64,000 nt of DNA from Penicillus capitatus (Eukaryota; Plantae; Chlorophyta). The notes under the pieces are model-generated. The model was not told where the DNA came from. It ran no database searches and saw only the letters and a list, made by a program, of their open reading frames with translations. Where the stretch lies: the NCBI GenBank assembly GCA_965649825.1, contig OZ287723.1, positions 1-64,000 on the forward strand, read 5' to 3'. Position numbers and translations under genes: made by a program. Below are positions 55,675-64,000 of the stretch, in pieces. How positions within the stretch are numbered: position 1 is the first letter of the stretch; every line of letters starts with the position of its first letter.

Positions 55675-55685
55675 AAAAAGATTTT

Positions 55686-55805
55686 TTAGAACAAGTTTTT
55701 TTGACGAGACAAAATTTTTTGAACATTAGAAAAAGCTTTTTTTTTCCAAAAAGTTTTACGAGACCGAGACTTAGATTTTGAAATACGTTTTTTTGGTACA
55801 GACAT
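55686..55805 (-). CDS. rpl32: Ribosomal protein L32
   Basis: Manual translation MSVPKKRISKSKSRSRKTFWKKKAFSNVQKILSRQKNLF. Confidence 0.92.
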   Translation of the reverse strand: MSVPKKRISKSKSRSRKTFWKKKAFSNVQKILSRQKNLF

Positions 55806-55850
55806 ATTTTTTTACTCTAACAAATTGAATAAAAAAAAGCAAATATAATT

Positions 55851-56147
55851 TTAACCAAAAAGAATTTTTCCTCTGTATTTTCGTAAATAAAATAATTTTG
55901 AACGATTACTTGGATTTATTTTTAAAATTTTTAAACTTTGGATTTGTGGACTATTCCAAGCAAAAAAGCGTTCTACACTATATAGTCCAGGTTTCCGAAG
56001 AACAATATTTTTATTCGAAAACGAACCTCGAATAGCTATAACAATACCTTCAAAAAATTGAATACGTTTCTTCTCACCTTCTTGGAAACAAAAACCTACT
56101 TGAATAAAATCTCCGACTGAAAATCCTAATTTTTGTTTATTATTCAT
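55851..56147 (-). CDS. rpl19: Ribosomal protein L19
   Basis: FSVGDFI, EGEKKRIQFFEGIVI, VERFF..SP and KLFYLR motifs. Confidence 0.93.
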   Translation of the reverse strand: MNNKQKLGFSVGDFIQVGFCFQEGEKKRIQFFEGIVIAIRGSFSNKNIVLRKPGLYSVERFFAWNSPQIQSLKILKINPSNRSKLFYLRKYRGKILFG

Positions 56148-56200
56148 ATTTTAAACAATATAGCTCACTTTAACAAAAATATAAAGTGAGCTATCAAAAA

Positions 56201-59200
56201 TTAATCAAGAATTTCGGAAACAATACCAGCACCAACAGTACGGCCACCTTCGCGAATAGCAAAACGCATTCCATTTTCAATTGCAATCGGTTGAATAAGT
56301 TCAACGATTATTTGAACTCTATCACCCGGCATAACCATACGCATTTTACTATTATCATCAGTTTGAAAAGATTCAATTTTACCTGTAACATCTGTCGTTC
56401 GGACATAAAATTGTGGTCTATAACCAGCAACAAAAGAAGTATGACGGCCTCCTTCACTTTTTTTTAAAATATAAACTTGCGCCTTAAATTTAAGATGAGG
56501 TGTTATTGAACCTGGTTTAGCTAAAACCATACCTCGTTCAACTTCATTTTTTTGTACCCCCCTTAACAAAACGCCAACATTATCTCCAGCAACACTTTCA
56601 TCTAAGGTTTTTTGAAACATTTCAAGTCCGATAACAGTTGTTTCTTTCGTATTTTTAAGTCCAATAATTTCAACAGATTCTCCTACTTTAATTTGTCCAC
56701 GTTCCACACGACCTGTAGCAACTGTTCCACGGCCTGTAATTGATACTATATTTTCAATGGCCATTAAAAAATCTTTTTCAATATTTCTTTGGGGCAGTGG
56801 GATTGCTTCATCAACACAATCCATTAACGCATGAATGCGGTCAACCCACTCATTATCACCGCGTTGAATTTGGGGGTTCGTTGTAAGTGCTTCTACAGCT
56901 TCTAAAGCAGATCCTTTAATGATTAATATAGAATCTCCGGGAAAATCATAACGATCTAATGTTTCTCGAATTTCTAATTCGACAAGTTCTAACAATTCTA
57001 CATCATCAACTTGATCAATTTTATTTAAAAAAACAACAATAGCCGGAACTCCAACTTGTTGAGCTAATAAAATATGTTCTTTAGTTTGAGGCATTGGACC
57101 ATCAGCCCCGGAAACCACTAAAATAGCGCCATCCATTTGAGCGGCACCCGTAATCATATGAAAGTAGGGATTCAACAATTCCCTCTTCTACCTAACCGTA
57201 CACGATAATTTCTTATCATACGGCTATTTGTATCTTTCGAAAATTGGTTGTTAATTCTTTAATTGAAGGAAAAGAGATTTTTTGATTTGTGAATTTATTT
57301 ATAGTTAAATCTTTATCATATTTGTGAAAAATTTGTTTCATTGTCCGTTGTTTATACTTCATACATAATGTTTTTACACAAGATGTTTTAATAATATAAT
57401 AAATCCAATATAATTGTTTTCGAGTATTTAGATGAAAATAATAATAATTAAAAATTTTTTGAAGAAATTTATTATAAAATAAAACAATTTGAAAATCGGA
57501 AAATTTTATCCATATATTTTTTTGCAAAGATTTATTTTTGTATAAAAAGTCATGATTCTTTAGGTGATTCTTTATTTTATTTTTATCTACAGTTATTCTT
57601 AATTTATGTTTTCGAAAATATAAAATAAATCCTAAAAAATATATACTTTGTTTTTTAAATTTTTTAATGAAAATTTTTTGAGGTTTTATTTGTAATTTCG
57701 TTATTAGCCAAGTTTTGATTTTATTTCGAATTAAAACCATAAACGTATAAGTTCCATATAAAATAATAATAAATTCATTTATATATCGAATATAAAATAT
57801 TTTTTTATATTGTTGTTGAAATTTTTGAATTTCTTTTTTGATATACAAGTCAAATTTCGAAAGATAAATACTAAATAAGATTGAAATATATGCTTTCGAA
57901 ACAAATTTTTGATTGTAAAATTGTGAAATGAGACTAATAAACTTTTTATCTTTAATATTTTGTTTTAGATATTTTAAAACAAAATGAATTTTTAAGTCAT
58001 AAGAATTCAATTTCACTTCAAGACCAAAATTCCAATTTGAATAGGATAGTTTTATTTTTTGTAAAACATCATGAGGGGTATTTTGAAAATTATAAATTTT
58101 ATTTAAAATTAGTCGCAAACATTCTTGAACAATTAAATCATCAAAACAAACTTTTTTTCTCAAAAATATTGGTTTATAAATCTGATTTTTTAAGGAATCG
58201 TGTAAATTGATTAATTGTACTAAAGAATAACTTTCAATAGATTGTGAAATAATTTTGGAACAAAAATCAAATTTTTTCGAATTTCGAAATATTATTAAAA
58301 AACCAAAAAAAAGTATTTGTGGATAAGTGATTTGTTGAAAAAGACTATTGAAAAAATATTTTTTCGAACAATTTACTACAATACATTTATTTTTTAAGAT
58401 TGGTTGAATATATTCAACTAGCCAAAATTTTTCACGATTGGTTAATGTTAAATTTTTAACAAGATCTCGAGAAGTCTTATTTAAAATAAATTTTAATTTC
58501 ATTATCTCATAGGTTTGATTGAATAACTAACCGAAAAAGATACAGTGCTTTTTATTATTTGGAAAAAACCAATTTTTTAGCCTTCTTCTCGCATACTTAA
58601 TTAGTTTAGCGAGTATATAAAAGTCTTCGAATACATATTCTTATTCTTATCTAATATAAGGAGTTTGTCCGTTTAAACCCATTGAGATATCCTGTTAAAG
58701 TTCATAAAAATATAATGAACCTTATATCTAAACCTATTTCGTTGACATCTACACTATTTATTTTAGTATTTAGATTTTCTACGTTTTAAAACAGAAAGAT
58801 ACAACTATTAGAAGATAGTTTTCTTATCCTATAATTAGATACTTTTTCGACTCCATGCTCTGTTTCCCTTACACTTTCGTGAAAAAATCGTTTTAATTTT
58901 TAGGTAAGAAGTGAAAATTTAATATATACAGGAAATATTATGAGTATATGAATTCTAATGCTTTTATCGCACATTTTTGACGTAATCTGCGTGTCCCGGA
59001 CAATCTACATGAGCATAATGACGCTTTTCAGTTTCATATTCTACATGAGCAGTATTTATTGTAATACCGCGAGCTTTTTCTTCTGGAGCAGAATCTATAT
59101 CGTTATAACTCTTTGCTTTTGCTGCTCCCGAAGCTGCTAATGTCATTGTAATAGCTGCAGTTAATGTAGTTTTACCGTGATCGACATGTCCAATTGTACC

Positions 59201-59245
59201 TATATTGACATGTGGTTTTGTTCGTTCAAATTTTTCTCTTGCCAT
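56201..59245 (-). CDS. tufA: Elongation factor Tu, two exons (59245-58973, 57157-56201)
   Basis: Joining restores [11 protein letters not shown]|[10 protein letters not shown]; GHVDHGKT in exon 1. Confidence 0.98.
57158..58972 (-). mobile_element. Group II intron in tufA (1815 nt)
   Basis: Canonical GTGCG start and TTTCAT end; domain V AGCCGTATGATAAGAAATTATCGTGTACGGTT. Confidence 0.95.
57216..58502 (-). CDS. Intron-encoded maturase with degenerate RT (YADD changed to YINE)
   Basis: [12 protein letters not shown] (RT2a), IYLSKFD (RT4), [10 protein letters not shown] (RT5), FLGFIL (RT7); domain [26 protein letters not shown]. Confidence 0.88.
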   Translation of the reverse strand: MKLKFILNKTSRDLVKNLTLTNREKFWLVEYIQPILKNKCIVVNCSKKYFFNSLFQQITYPQILFFGFLIIFRNSKKFDFCSKIISQSIESYSLVQLINLHDSLKNQIYKPIFLRKKVCFDDLIVQECLRLILNKIYNFQNTPHDVLQKIKLSYSNWNFGLEVKLNSYDLKIHFVLKYLKQNIKDKKFISLISQFYNQKFVSKAYISILFSIYLSKFDLYIKKEIQKFQQQYKKIFYIRYINEFIIILYGTYTFMVLIRNKIKTWLITKLQIKPQKIFIKKFKKQSIYFLGFILYFRKHKLRITVDKNKIKNHLKNHDFLYKNKSLQKNIWIKFSDFQIVLFYNKFLQKIFNYYYFHLNTRKQLYWIYYIIKTSCVKTLCMKYKQRTMKQIFHKYDKDLTINKFTNQKISFPSIKELTTNFRKIQIAV

Positions 59246-59337
59246 AAAATATAAGATATAAGATATAAAAAAATGTATAAATTCACGAATTAAAGTTCTA
59301 TAATTGACAACGACATGGTAAATTGAATTTTAAATTT

Positions 59338-59410
59338 AGCCTGCTACCGGAATTGAACCGATAACCCTCGGTTTACAAGACCGATGCTCTACCAATTGAG
59401 CTAAGCAGGC
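59338..59410 (-). tRNA. trnT: tRNA-Thr(UGU)
   Basis: Anticodon tcggt-ctTGTaa-accga. Confidence 0.93.
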
Positions 59411-59480
59411 CTTTTTTTTTTTTCAACGAATTTTGTCTTGAGAAACAAATTTTTCTAAAATGAAAATGAATTAAAGAATT

Positions 59481-59552
59481 TGGGATATCGCCAAGTGGTA
59501 AGGCTGTGGGTTTTGGTCCCGCTATTCGGAGGTTCGAATCCTTCTATCCCAG
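59481..59552 (+). tRNA. trnQ: tRNA-Gln(UUG)
   Basis: TGGGATATCGCCAAGTGGTAAGGC; anticodon TTG. Confidence 0.93.
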
Positions 59553-59559
59553 AATTTTC

Positions 59560-59644
59560 GCCTTGATGGTGGAATGGTAGACACAATTGATTCAAAATCA
59601 ATCACTTTATTTTAAGTATGGAGGTTCAAATCCTCTTCAAGGCA
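59560..59644 (+). tRNA. trnL: tRNA-Leu(CAA)
   Basis: GCCTTGATGGTGGAATGGTAGACAC; anticodon attga-ttCAAaa-tcaat. Confidence 0.92.
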
Positions 59645-59646
59645 TG

Positions 59647-59720
59647 GCCAGGATAGCTCAGTTGGTTAGAGTAATGGTCTGAAAAACCATTGGCCGCCAG
59701 TTCAAATCTGGTTCCTGGCA
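59647..59720 (+). tRNA. trnF: tRNA-Phe(GAA)
   Basis: Acceptor GCCAGGA/TCCTGGC; anticodon GAA. Confidence 0.93.
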
Positions 59721-59724
59721 GCTA

Positions 59725-59805
59725 GCTCTTGTGGCGAAATAGGTAGACGTATTAGTTTTAGAAGCTAATGTCTTTGACGTATGGGTTCGAGTCCCATCGA
59801 GAGCA
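59725..59805 (+). tRNA. trnL: tRNA-Leu(UAG)
   Basis: Anticodon ttagt-ttTAGaa-gctaa; long variable arm. Confidence 0.9.
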
Positions 59806-59832
59806 TAATATTACATAAAAATTAATCACAAA

Positions 59833-59905
59833 AACCCCCGGGGGAATTCGAATCCCCGTTTCCTCCGTGAAAGGGAGATGTCCTTGGCCTCTAGACGACG
59901 GGGGC
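59833..59905 (-). tRNA. trnE: tRNA-Glu(UUC)
   Basis: GCCCCCGTCGTCTAGAGGCCAAGGAC; anticodon TTC. Confidence 0.95.
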
Positions 59906-59969
59906 AGCAGCGTAACTAATATTAAGAAGCTACGCATATAGCATATATATAATAAATATTTTTTTTATG

Positions 59970-61097
59970 TCAAGAATAATCGTACAATCGGTTCAATGCT
60001 TGAAACATTTTGTTATTAAATTTGATTAATTTTTTTTCTTTTCGTTCATATATTGATAGATTTTGTTTATTTTTTATTTTGTTAAATACCTTTTCTGTAT
60101 TTTTATAAAGTGCGAGCAACTCATTTTTAGAAAAATGAGCTTTGGCATCTTTACTTATAGCATTCCGATAAGTTTTTTTTTTTTTTAATTTCCGACGAAA
60201 TTTTTCTTCACTTAAAAAATCTGATGATTTTAAAATTCCTAGAGGAATTTTACCTTTGCGTCTCAATCTCAAAGGTGCTTCATGAAATAAACGTATTGTT
60301 TCAAAAATAGCAACTTTTAAAAAGTCACGAGGAACAATTAAATCTATTAAACCATGATCTACTAAATATTCGGAAGTTTGAAAATTTTCAGGTAAATCTT
60401 CTTGTAAAGTTTGTTTAATAACACGACGTCCAGCAAAACCAATTAAAGCATTAGGTTCTGCGTAAATTATATCCCCAAGCATAGCAAAACTAGCCAGAAC
60501 ACCACCTGTTGTAGGTGAGGTCAAAATTGAAATATACAGTAAATTAGCCTTATTTTGATGAATATTTAGCGCAGCCGAAATTTTTGCCATTTGCATTAAG
60601 CTAAAAACTCCTTCATGTATACGAGCCCCACCTGAAGCGCAAATGATAACTAATGCTAAGCCCTGGTGGGTAGCATATTCGATTAATCGAGTAAATTTTT
60701 CTCCAACAACAGAACCCATACTACCTCCCATAAAATTAAAATCCATAATACCAAGTGCAATAGGTATACCGTCAAGTATACCAGTGCCTGTTATAACAGC
60801 TTCTTGAAAATTGTTTTCAAGTTGTGCATCGTTTAAACGCGATAAATAACTTCTTTTATCAGAAAAGTTCAACGGATCAATAGAAGATAAAGTTTCATCG
60901 AAAGGTTGCCATGTTCCGGGATCGATTAAATATTCTAAACGTTCACGACCATTCATTAGTAAATGAGTATCACAAGACGAACAAACAAAATAATTTTTTT
61001 TTAAATGTTTAATATAAAGGATAGCTCCACAGTTATGACAACGCGTCCATAAACCACGTTCATCGATAGGTGAGTTCAGCCATGATAAAATAGCCAT
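59970..61097 (-). CDS. accD: Acetyl-CoA carboxylase carboxyltransferase beta
   Basis: LWTRCHNC..CSSC zinc finger, FMGGSMGSVVGEK, SPTTGGV and IGFAGRRVI motifs. Confidence 0.97.
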   Translation of the reverse strand: MAILSWLNSPIDERGLWTRCHNCGAILYIKHLKKNYFVCSSCDTHLLMNGRERLEYLIDPGTWQPFDETLSSIDPLNFSDKRSYLSRLNDAQLENNFQEAVITGTGILDGIPIALGIMDFNFMGGSMGSVVGEKFTRLIEYATHQGLALVIICASGGARIHEGVFSLMQMAKISAALNIHQNKANLLYISILTSPTTGGVLASFAMLGDIIYAEPNALIGFAGRRVIKQTLQEDLPENFQTSEYLVDHGLIDLIVPRDFLKVAIFETIRLFHEAPLRLRRKGKIPLGILKSSDFLSEEKFRRKLKKKKTYRNAISKDAKAHFSKNELLALYKNTEKVFNKIKNKQNLSIYERKEKKLIKFNNKMFQALNRLYDYS

Positions 61098-61126
61098 AAT
61101 TTTATTTATTTATTTTATTTATTTAT

Positions 61127-61639
61127 TTATTTTTTGAGTGTAAATCTTTTATTTTTTAATTTTTTATTTTTTAATTTTTTAGTTTTTTTTTTTTTTGTTT
61201 TTATAAAACGATTTGCATCAGCTATACGTTGAACTTCTTCTTTTTTACGAAAAGCATTTCCAACTTTTTTCGATGCATCAATGAATTCATTTGCTAAATT
61301 TATAGCAAAAGTATTTCCTGATCTTTTTTTTGCCGAACCTAATATCCAACTAATTCCACGAGAAATTCCACGATTTAAGTCAAGTTCAACAGGAATCGGA
61401 AAAACAGAACTACCGCGACGACGTGTTTGTAATTTAACGGATGGGGTTGTATTACTAATCGCCTTTTCAATAATCAAAAGAGGATCTTTTTCTGTTTTAT
61501 TTTGAATATTTACTAAACTTTTTTGAAGAATACGATGTGCCAATTTTTTCTTCCCATGCCGCATAATTCGTTGACTTATAAGAAATAAGTAATCCGAATT
61601 ATTACATTTGTATTTATTTATATATTTAGTACGTGACAT
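61127..61639 (-). CDS. rps7: Ribosomal protein S7 with Lys-rich tail
   Basis: IMRHGKK, A.KKKEEV.R.A.ANR-like C-terminal motif. Confidence 0.93.
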   Translation of the reverse strand: MSRTKYINKYKCNNSDYLFLISQRIMRHGKKKLAHRILQKSLVNIQNKTEKDPLLIIEKAISNTTPSVKLQTRRRGSSVFPIPVELDLNRGISRGISWILGSAKKRSGNTFAINLANEFIDASKKVGNAFRKKEEVQRIADANRFIKTKKKKTKKLKNKKLKNKRFTLKK

Positions 61640-61649
61640 AGATAATATC

Positions 61650-62033
61650 TTAAGTTAGTTTAGTTTCTTTTTTTTTTACACCATATTTTGATCTACCTTG
61701 ATGTCGATAGCGAACGCTAGCAGTATCTAAAGTTCCACGAATAATTCTATAACGCACACCGGGTAAATCTTTAACGCGACCACCCCGAATTAAAACAATT
61801 GCATGTTCTTGCAAATTATGACCAATGCCCGGTATAGAAGCAGTAACTTCAAAACCAGAAGTTAAACGAACTCTAGCAACTTTACGAATTGCCGAATTAG
61901 GTTTTTTTGGCGTTATAGTAAAAACACGTATACAAACTCCACGACGTTGTGGACAAGACTTCAAAGCAAGAGATTTTATTCTTTTCGACGATTTTTTTCG
62001 AGCAGATTGCACTAATTGTTGAACTGTTGGCAT
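61650..62033 (-). CDS. rps12: Ribosomal protein S12
   Basis: [18 protein letters not shown] and [10 protein letters not shown] motifs. Confidence 0.98.
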   Translation of the reverse strand: MPTVQQLVQSARKKSSKRIKSLALKSCPQRRGVCIRVFTITPKKPNSAIRKVARVRLTSGFEVTASIPGIGHNLQEHAIVLIRGGRVKDLPGVRYRIIRGTLDTASVRYRHQGRSKYGVKKKETKLT

Positions 62034-62066
62034 AATAAAGTTTTTTGATAAAATAATAAAATAAAA

Positions 62067-62095
62067 AGAAGAGCCCACCTCTGGTGGGTTCTTCT
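62067..62095. terminator. Stem-loop 3' of rbcL
   Basis: AGAAGAGCCCACC-tct-GGTGGGTTCTTCT. Confidence 0.7.
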
Positions 62096-62105
62096 ATATT
62101 GAATT

Positions 62106-63533
62106 TTAAAGAGTATCGATTGTTTCAAATTCAAATTTAATTTCTTTCCATACAACACAAGCTGCAGCAAGTTCAGGACTCCATTTAGATGCATCACGAA
62201 TAATATCATTCCCTTCGGAAGCAAGAGAACGTCCTTCATTACGTGCTTGTACACAAACTTCACAAGCGATACGATTCGCTGCAGCTCCCGGAGCATTTCC
62301 CCAAGGATGACCTAATGTTCCACCACCAAATTGTAAACAAGCATCATCTCCAAAAATTTCAACTAATGCAGGCATATGCCAAACATGAATACCACCAGAA
62401 GCAACAGGTATTACCCCAGGCAATGAGACCCAATCTTGAGTAAAGTAAATCCCGCGCTTACGATCTTTTTCACAAAAATTATCGCGCATTAAATCTACAA
62501 AACCTAAAGTTACTTCACGTTCACCTTCAAGTTTACCTACAACAGTTCCTGCATGTAAATGATCACCACCCGAAAGCCGCAAAGCTTTTGCAAGAACTCT
62601 AAAATGCATTCCATGAATTTTTTGACGGTCAATCACAGCATGCATTGCACGATGAATATGTAATAATAAACTATGATCCCGGCAGTAATGTGCAAGAGAT
62701 GTATTCGCTGTAAAACCTCCAGTTAAATAATCATGCATGATAATAGGTACACCTAATTCTTTTGCACATTCAGCTCTTTTTATCATTTCATCACAATGAC
62801 CCGCAGTAGCATTTAAATAATGTCCTTTAATTTCACCTGTTTCGGCTTGTGATTTATAAATAGCTTCGGCAACAAAAAGAAAACGATCACGCCAACGCAT
62901 AAATGGCTGAGAATTTACATTTTCATCATCTTTTGTAAAATCAAGCCCACCACGTAAACCTTCATAAACCGCACGTCCATAATTTTTAGCAGAAAGACCT
63001 AATTTAGGTTTAATAGTACAACCTAAAAATGGACGTCCATATTTATTGAGTTTATCACGTTCAACTTGAATTCCATGAGGTGGTCCTTGAAAAGTTTTAA
63101 TATATGAAGGAGGAATACGTAAATCTTCAAGGCGTAATGCTCTTAAAGCTTTAAATCCGAAAACATTTCCAACAATAGAAGTAAATAAATTTGTAACAGA
63201 ACCTTCTTCAAAAAGATCTAATGGATATGCAACATAAGCAATAAATTGATTTTCTTCACCAGGAATTGCTTCAATATCATAACAACGCCCTTTATATTTA
63301 TCTAAACTTGTAAGACCATCTGTCCATACAGTTGTCCATGTTCCTGTTGAAGATTCTGCCGCAACTGCGGCACCTGCTTCTTCCGGAGGCACACCTGGTT
63401 GAGGTGTCATTCGAAATGCTGCAAGGATATCCGTTTCTGATACTTGATAATCTGGTGTATAATATGTTAAACGATATTCTTTAACTCCAGCTTTAAATCC
63501 AGCACCAGCTTTTGTTTCTGTTTGTGGTCCCAT
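62106..63533 (-). CDS. rbcL: RuBisCO large subunit
   Basis: [14 protein letters not shown] and GLDFTKDDE motifs; 475 aa. Confidence 0.99.
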   Translation of the reverse strand: MGPQTETKAGAGFKAGVKEYRLTYYTPDYQVSETDILAAFRMTPQPGVPPEEAGAAVAAESSTGTWTTVWTDGLTSLDKYKGRCYDIEAIPGEENQFIAYVAYPLDLFEEGSVTNLFTSIVGNVFGFKALRALRLEDLRIPPSYIKTFQGPPHGIQVERDKLNKYGRPFLGCTIKPKLGLSAKNYGRAVYEGLRGGLDFTKDDENVNSQPFMRWRDRFLFVAEAIYKSQAETGEIKGHYLNATAGHCDEMIKRAECAKELGVPIIMHDYLTGGFTANTSLAHYCRDHSLLLHIHRAMHAVIDRQKIHGMHFRVLAKALRLSGGDHLHAGTVVGKLEGEREVTLGFVDLMRDNFCEKDRKRGIYFTQDWVSLPGVIPVASGGIHVWHMPALVEIFGDDACLQFGGGTLGHPWGNAPGAAANRIACEVCVQARNEGRSLASEGNDIIRDASKWSPELAAACVVWKEIKFEFETIDTL

Positions 63534-63612
63534 ATCTATTTCTACTTAAATGATTAAATAACGATTTTTTGCAACAACCCGTATACATTGTTTTATATTA
63601 TAATGTTTGTTT

Positions 63613-63723
63613 TTAAAGTAACCGATCACCACGTTTATATTGGAGATAAGCTGCAACAAATAAACCAGCAATTGTTACTGGTACAAGTCCCAATACAATA
63701 CCAGATAATAATGGTTCAACCAT
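63613..63723 (-). CDS. petG: Cytochrome b6f subunit PetG
   Basis: [36 protein letters not shown]. Confidence 0.97.
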   Translation of the reverse strand: MVEPLLSGIVLGLVPVTIAGLFVAAYLQYKRGDRLL

Positions 63724-63796
63724 AATTGAATTCTTTTTATATTTTAAAGTGTAATAATATTTGAGAAAAAAGTCAAATAATAGCGCGTAGGTTATT

Positions 63797-63870
63797 TGAG
63801 TATGGAGGGACTCGAACCCCCGACCTTATGGTTCGTAGCCATAGACTCTAATCCACTAAGCTACATACCC
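63797..63870 (-). tRNA. trnR: tRNA-Arg(ACG)
   Basis: Anticodon tatgg-ctACGaa-ccata. Confidence 0.93.
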
Positions 63871-63872
63871 AA

Positions 63873-63945
63873 GGCGGACGACGGGAATCGAACCCGCGAA
63901 TGATGGTGCCACAAACCATTACCTTACCACTTGGCGACGCCCACC
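63873..63945 (-). tRNA. trnH: tRNA-His(GUG)
   Basis: Anticodon atggt-ttGTGgc-accat; encoded G-1. Confidence 0.92.
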
Positions 63946-64000
63946 ATGATCGTCATAATCAAAATTTATTTTTGATTTTTTTAATAAAAATGTCAAGACC

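Overview
AT-rich, photosynthetic green-algal chloroplast genome segment. Several features point to a siphonous green alga (Bryopsidales, Ulvophyceae): cysA/cysT, chlB/chlI and giant ftsH/ycf1 are present, rrs and rrl are separated and on opposite strands, and the gene order is scrambled. This assignment is inferred from gene content and sequence style, not from a search. The window holds about 50 standard plastid protein genes, 16S, 23S and a divergent 5S rRNA, and 24 tRNAs. Introns comprise four group I introns in rrl (one with a LAGLIDADG ORF), the trnL(UAA) group I intron, a maturase-encoding group II intron in tufA, and two ORF-less mini group II introns (ccsA, atpF) with non-canonical ends. 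Non-standard elements are a free-standing, catalytically dead RT/maturase ORF, an ORF resembling the OB-fold/HhH half of an NAD-dependent DNA ligase, and many tandem repeats. The best leads are an identical 18-nt motif just upstream of both separated rRNA genes, an rrl intron that appears to end in A rather than G, and a possible trans-acting maturase serving the mini-introns.
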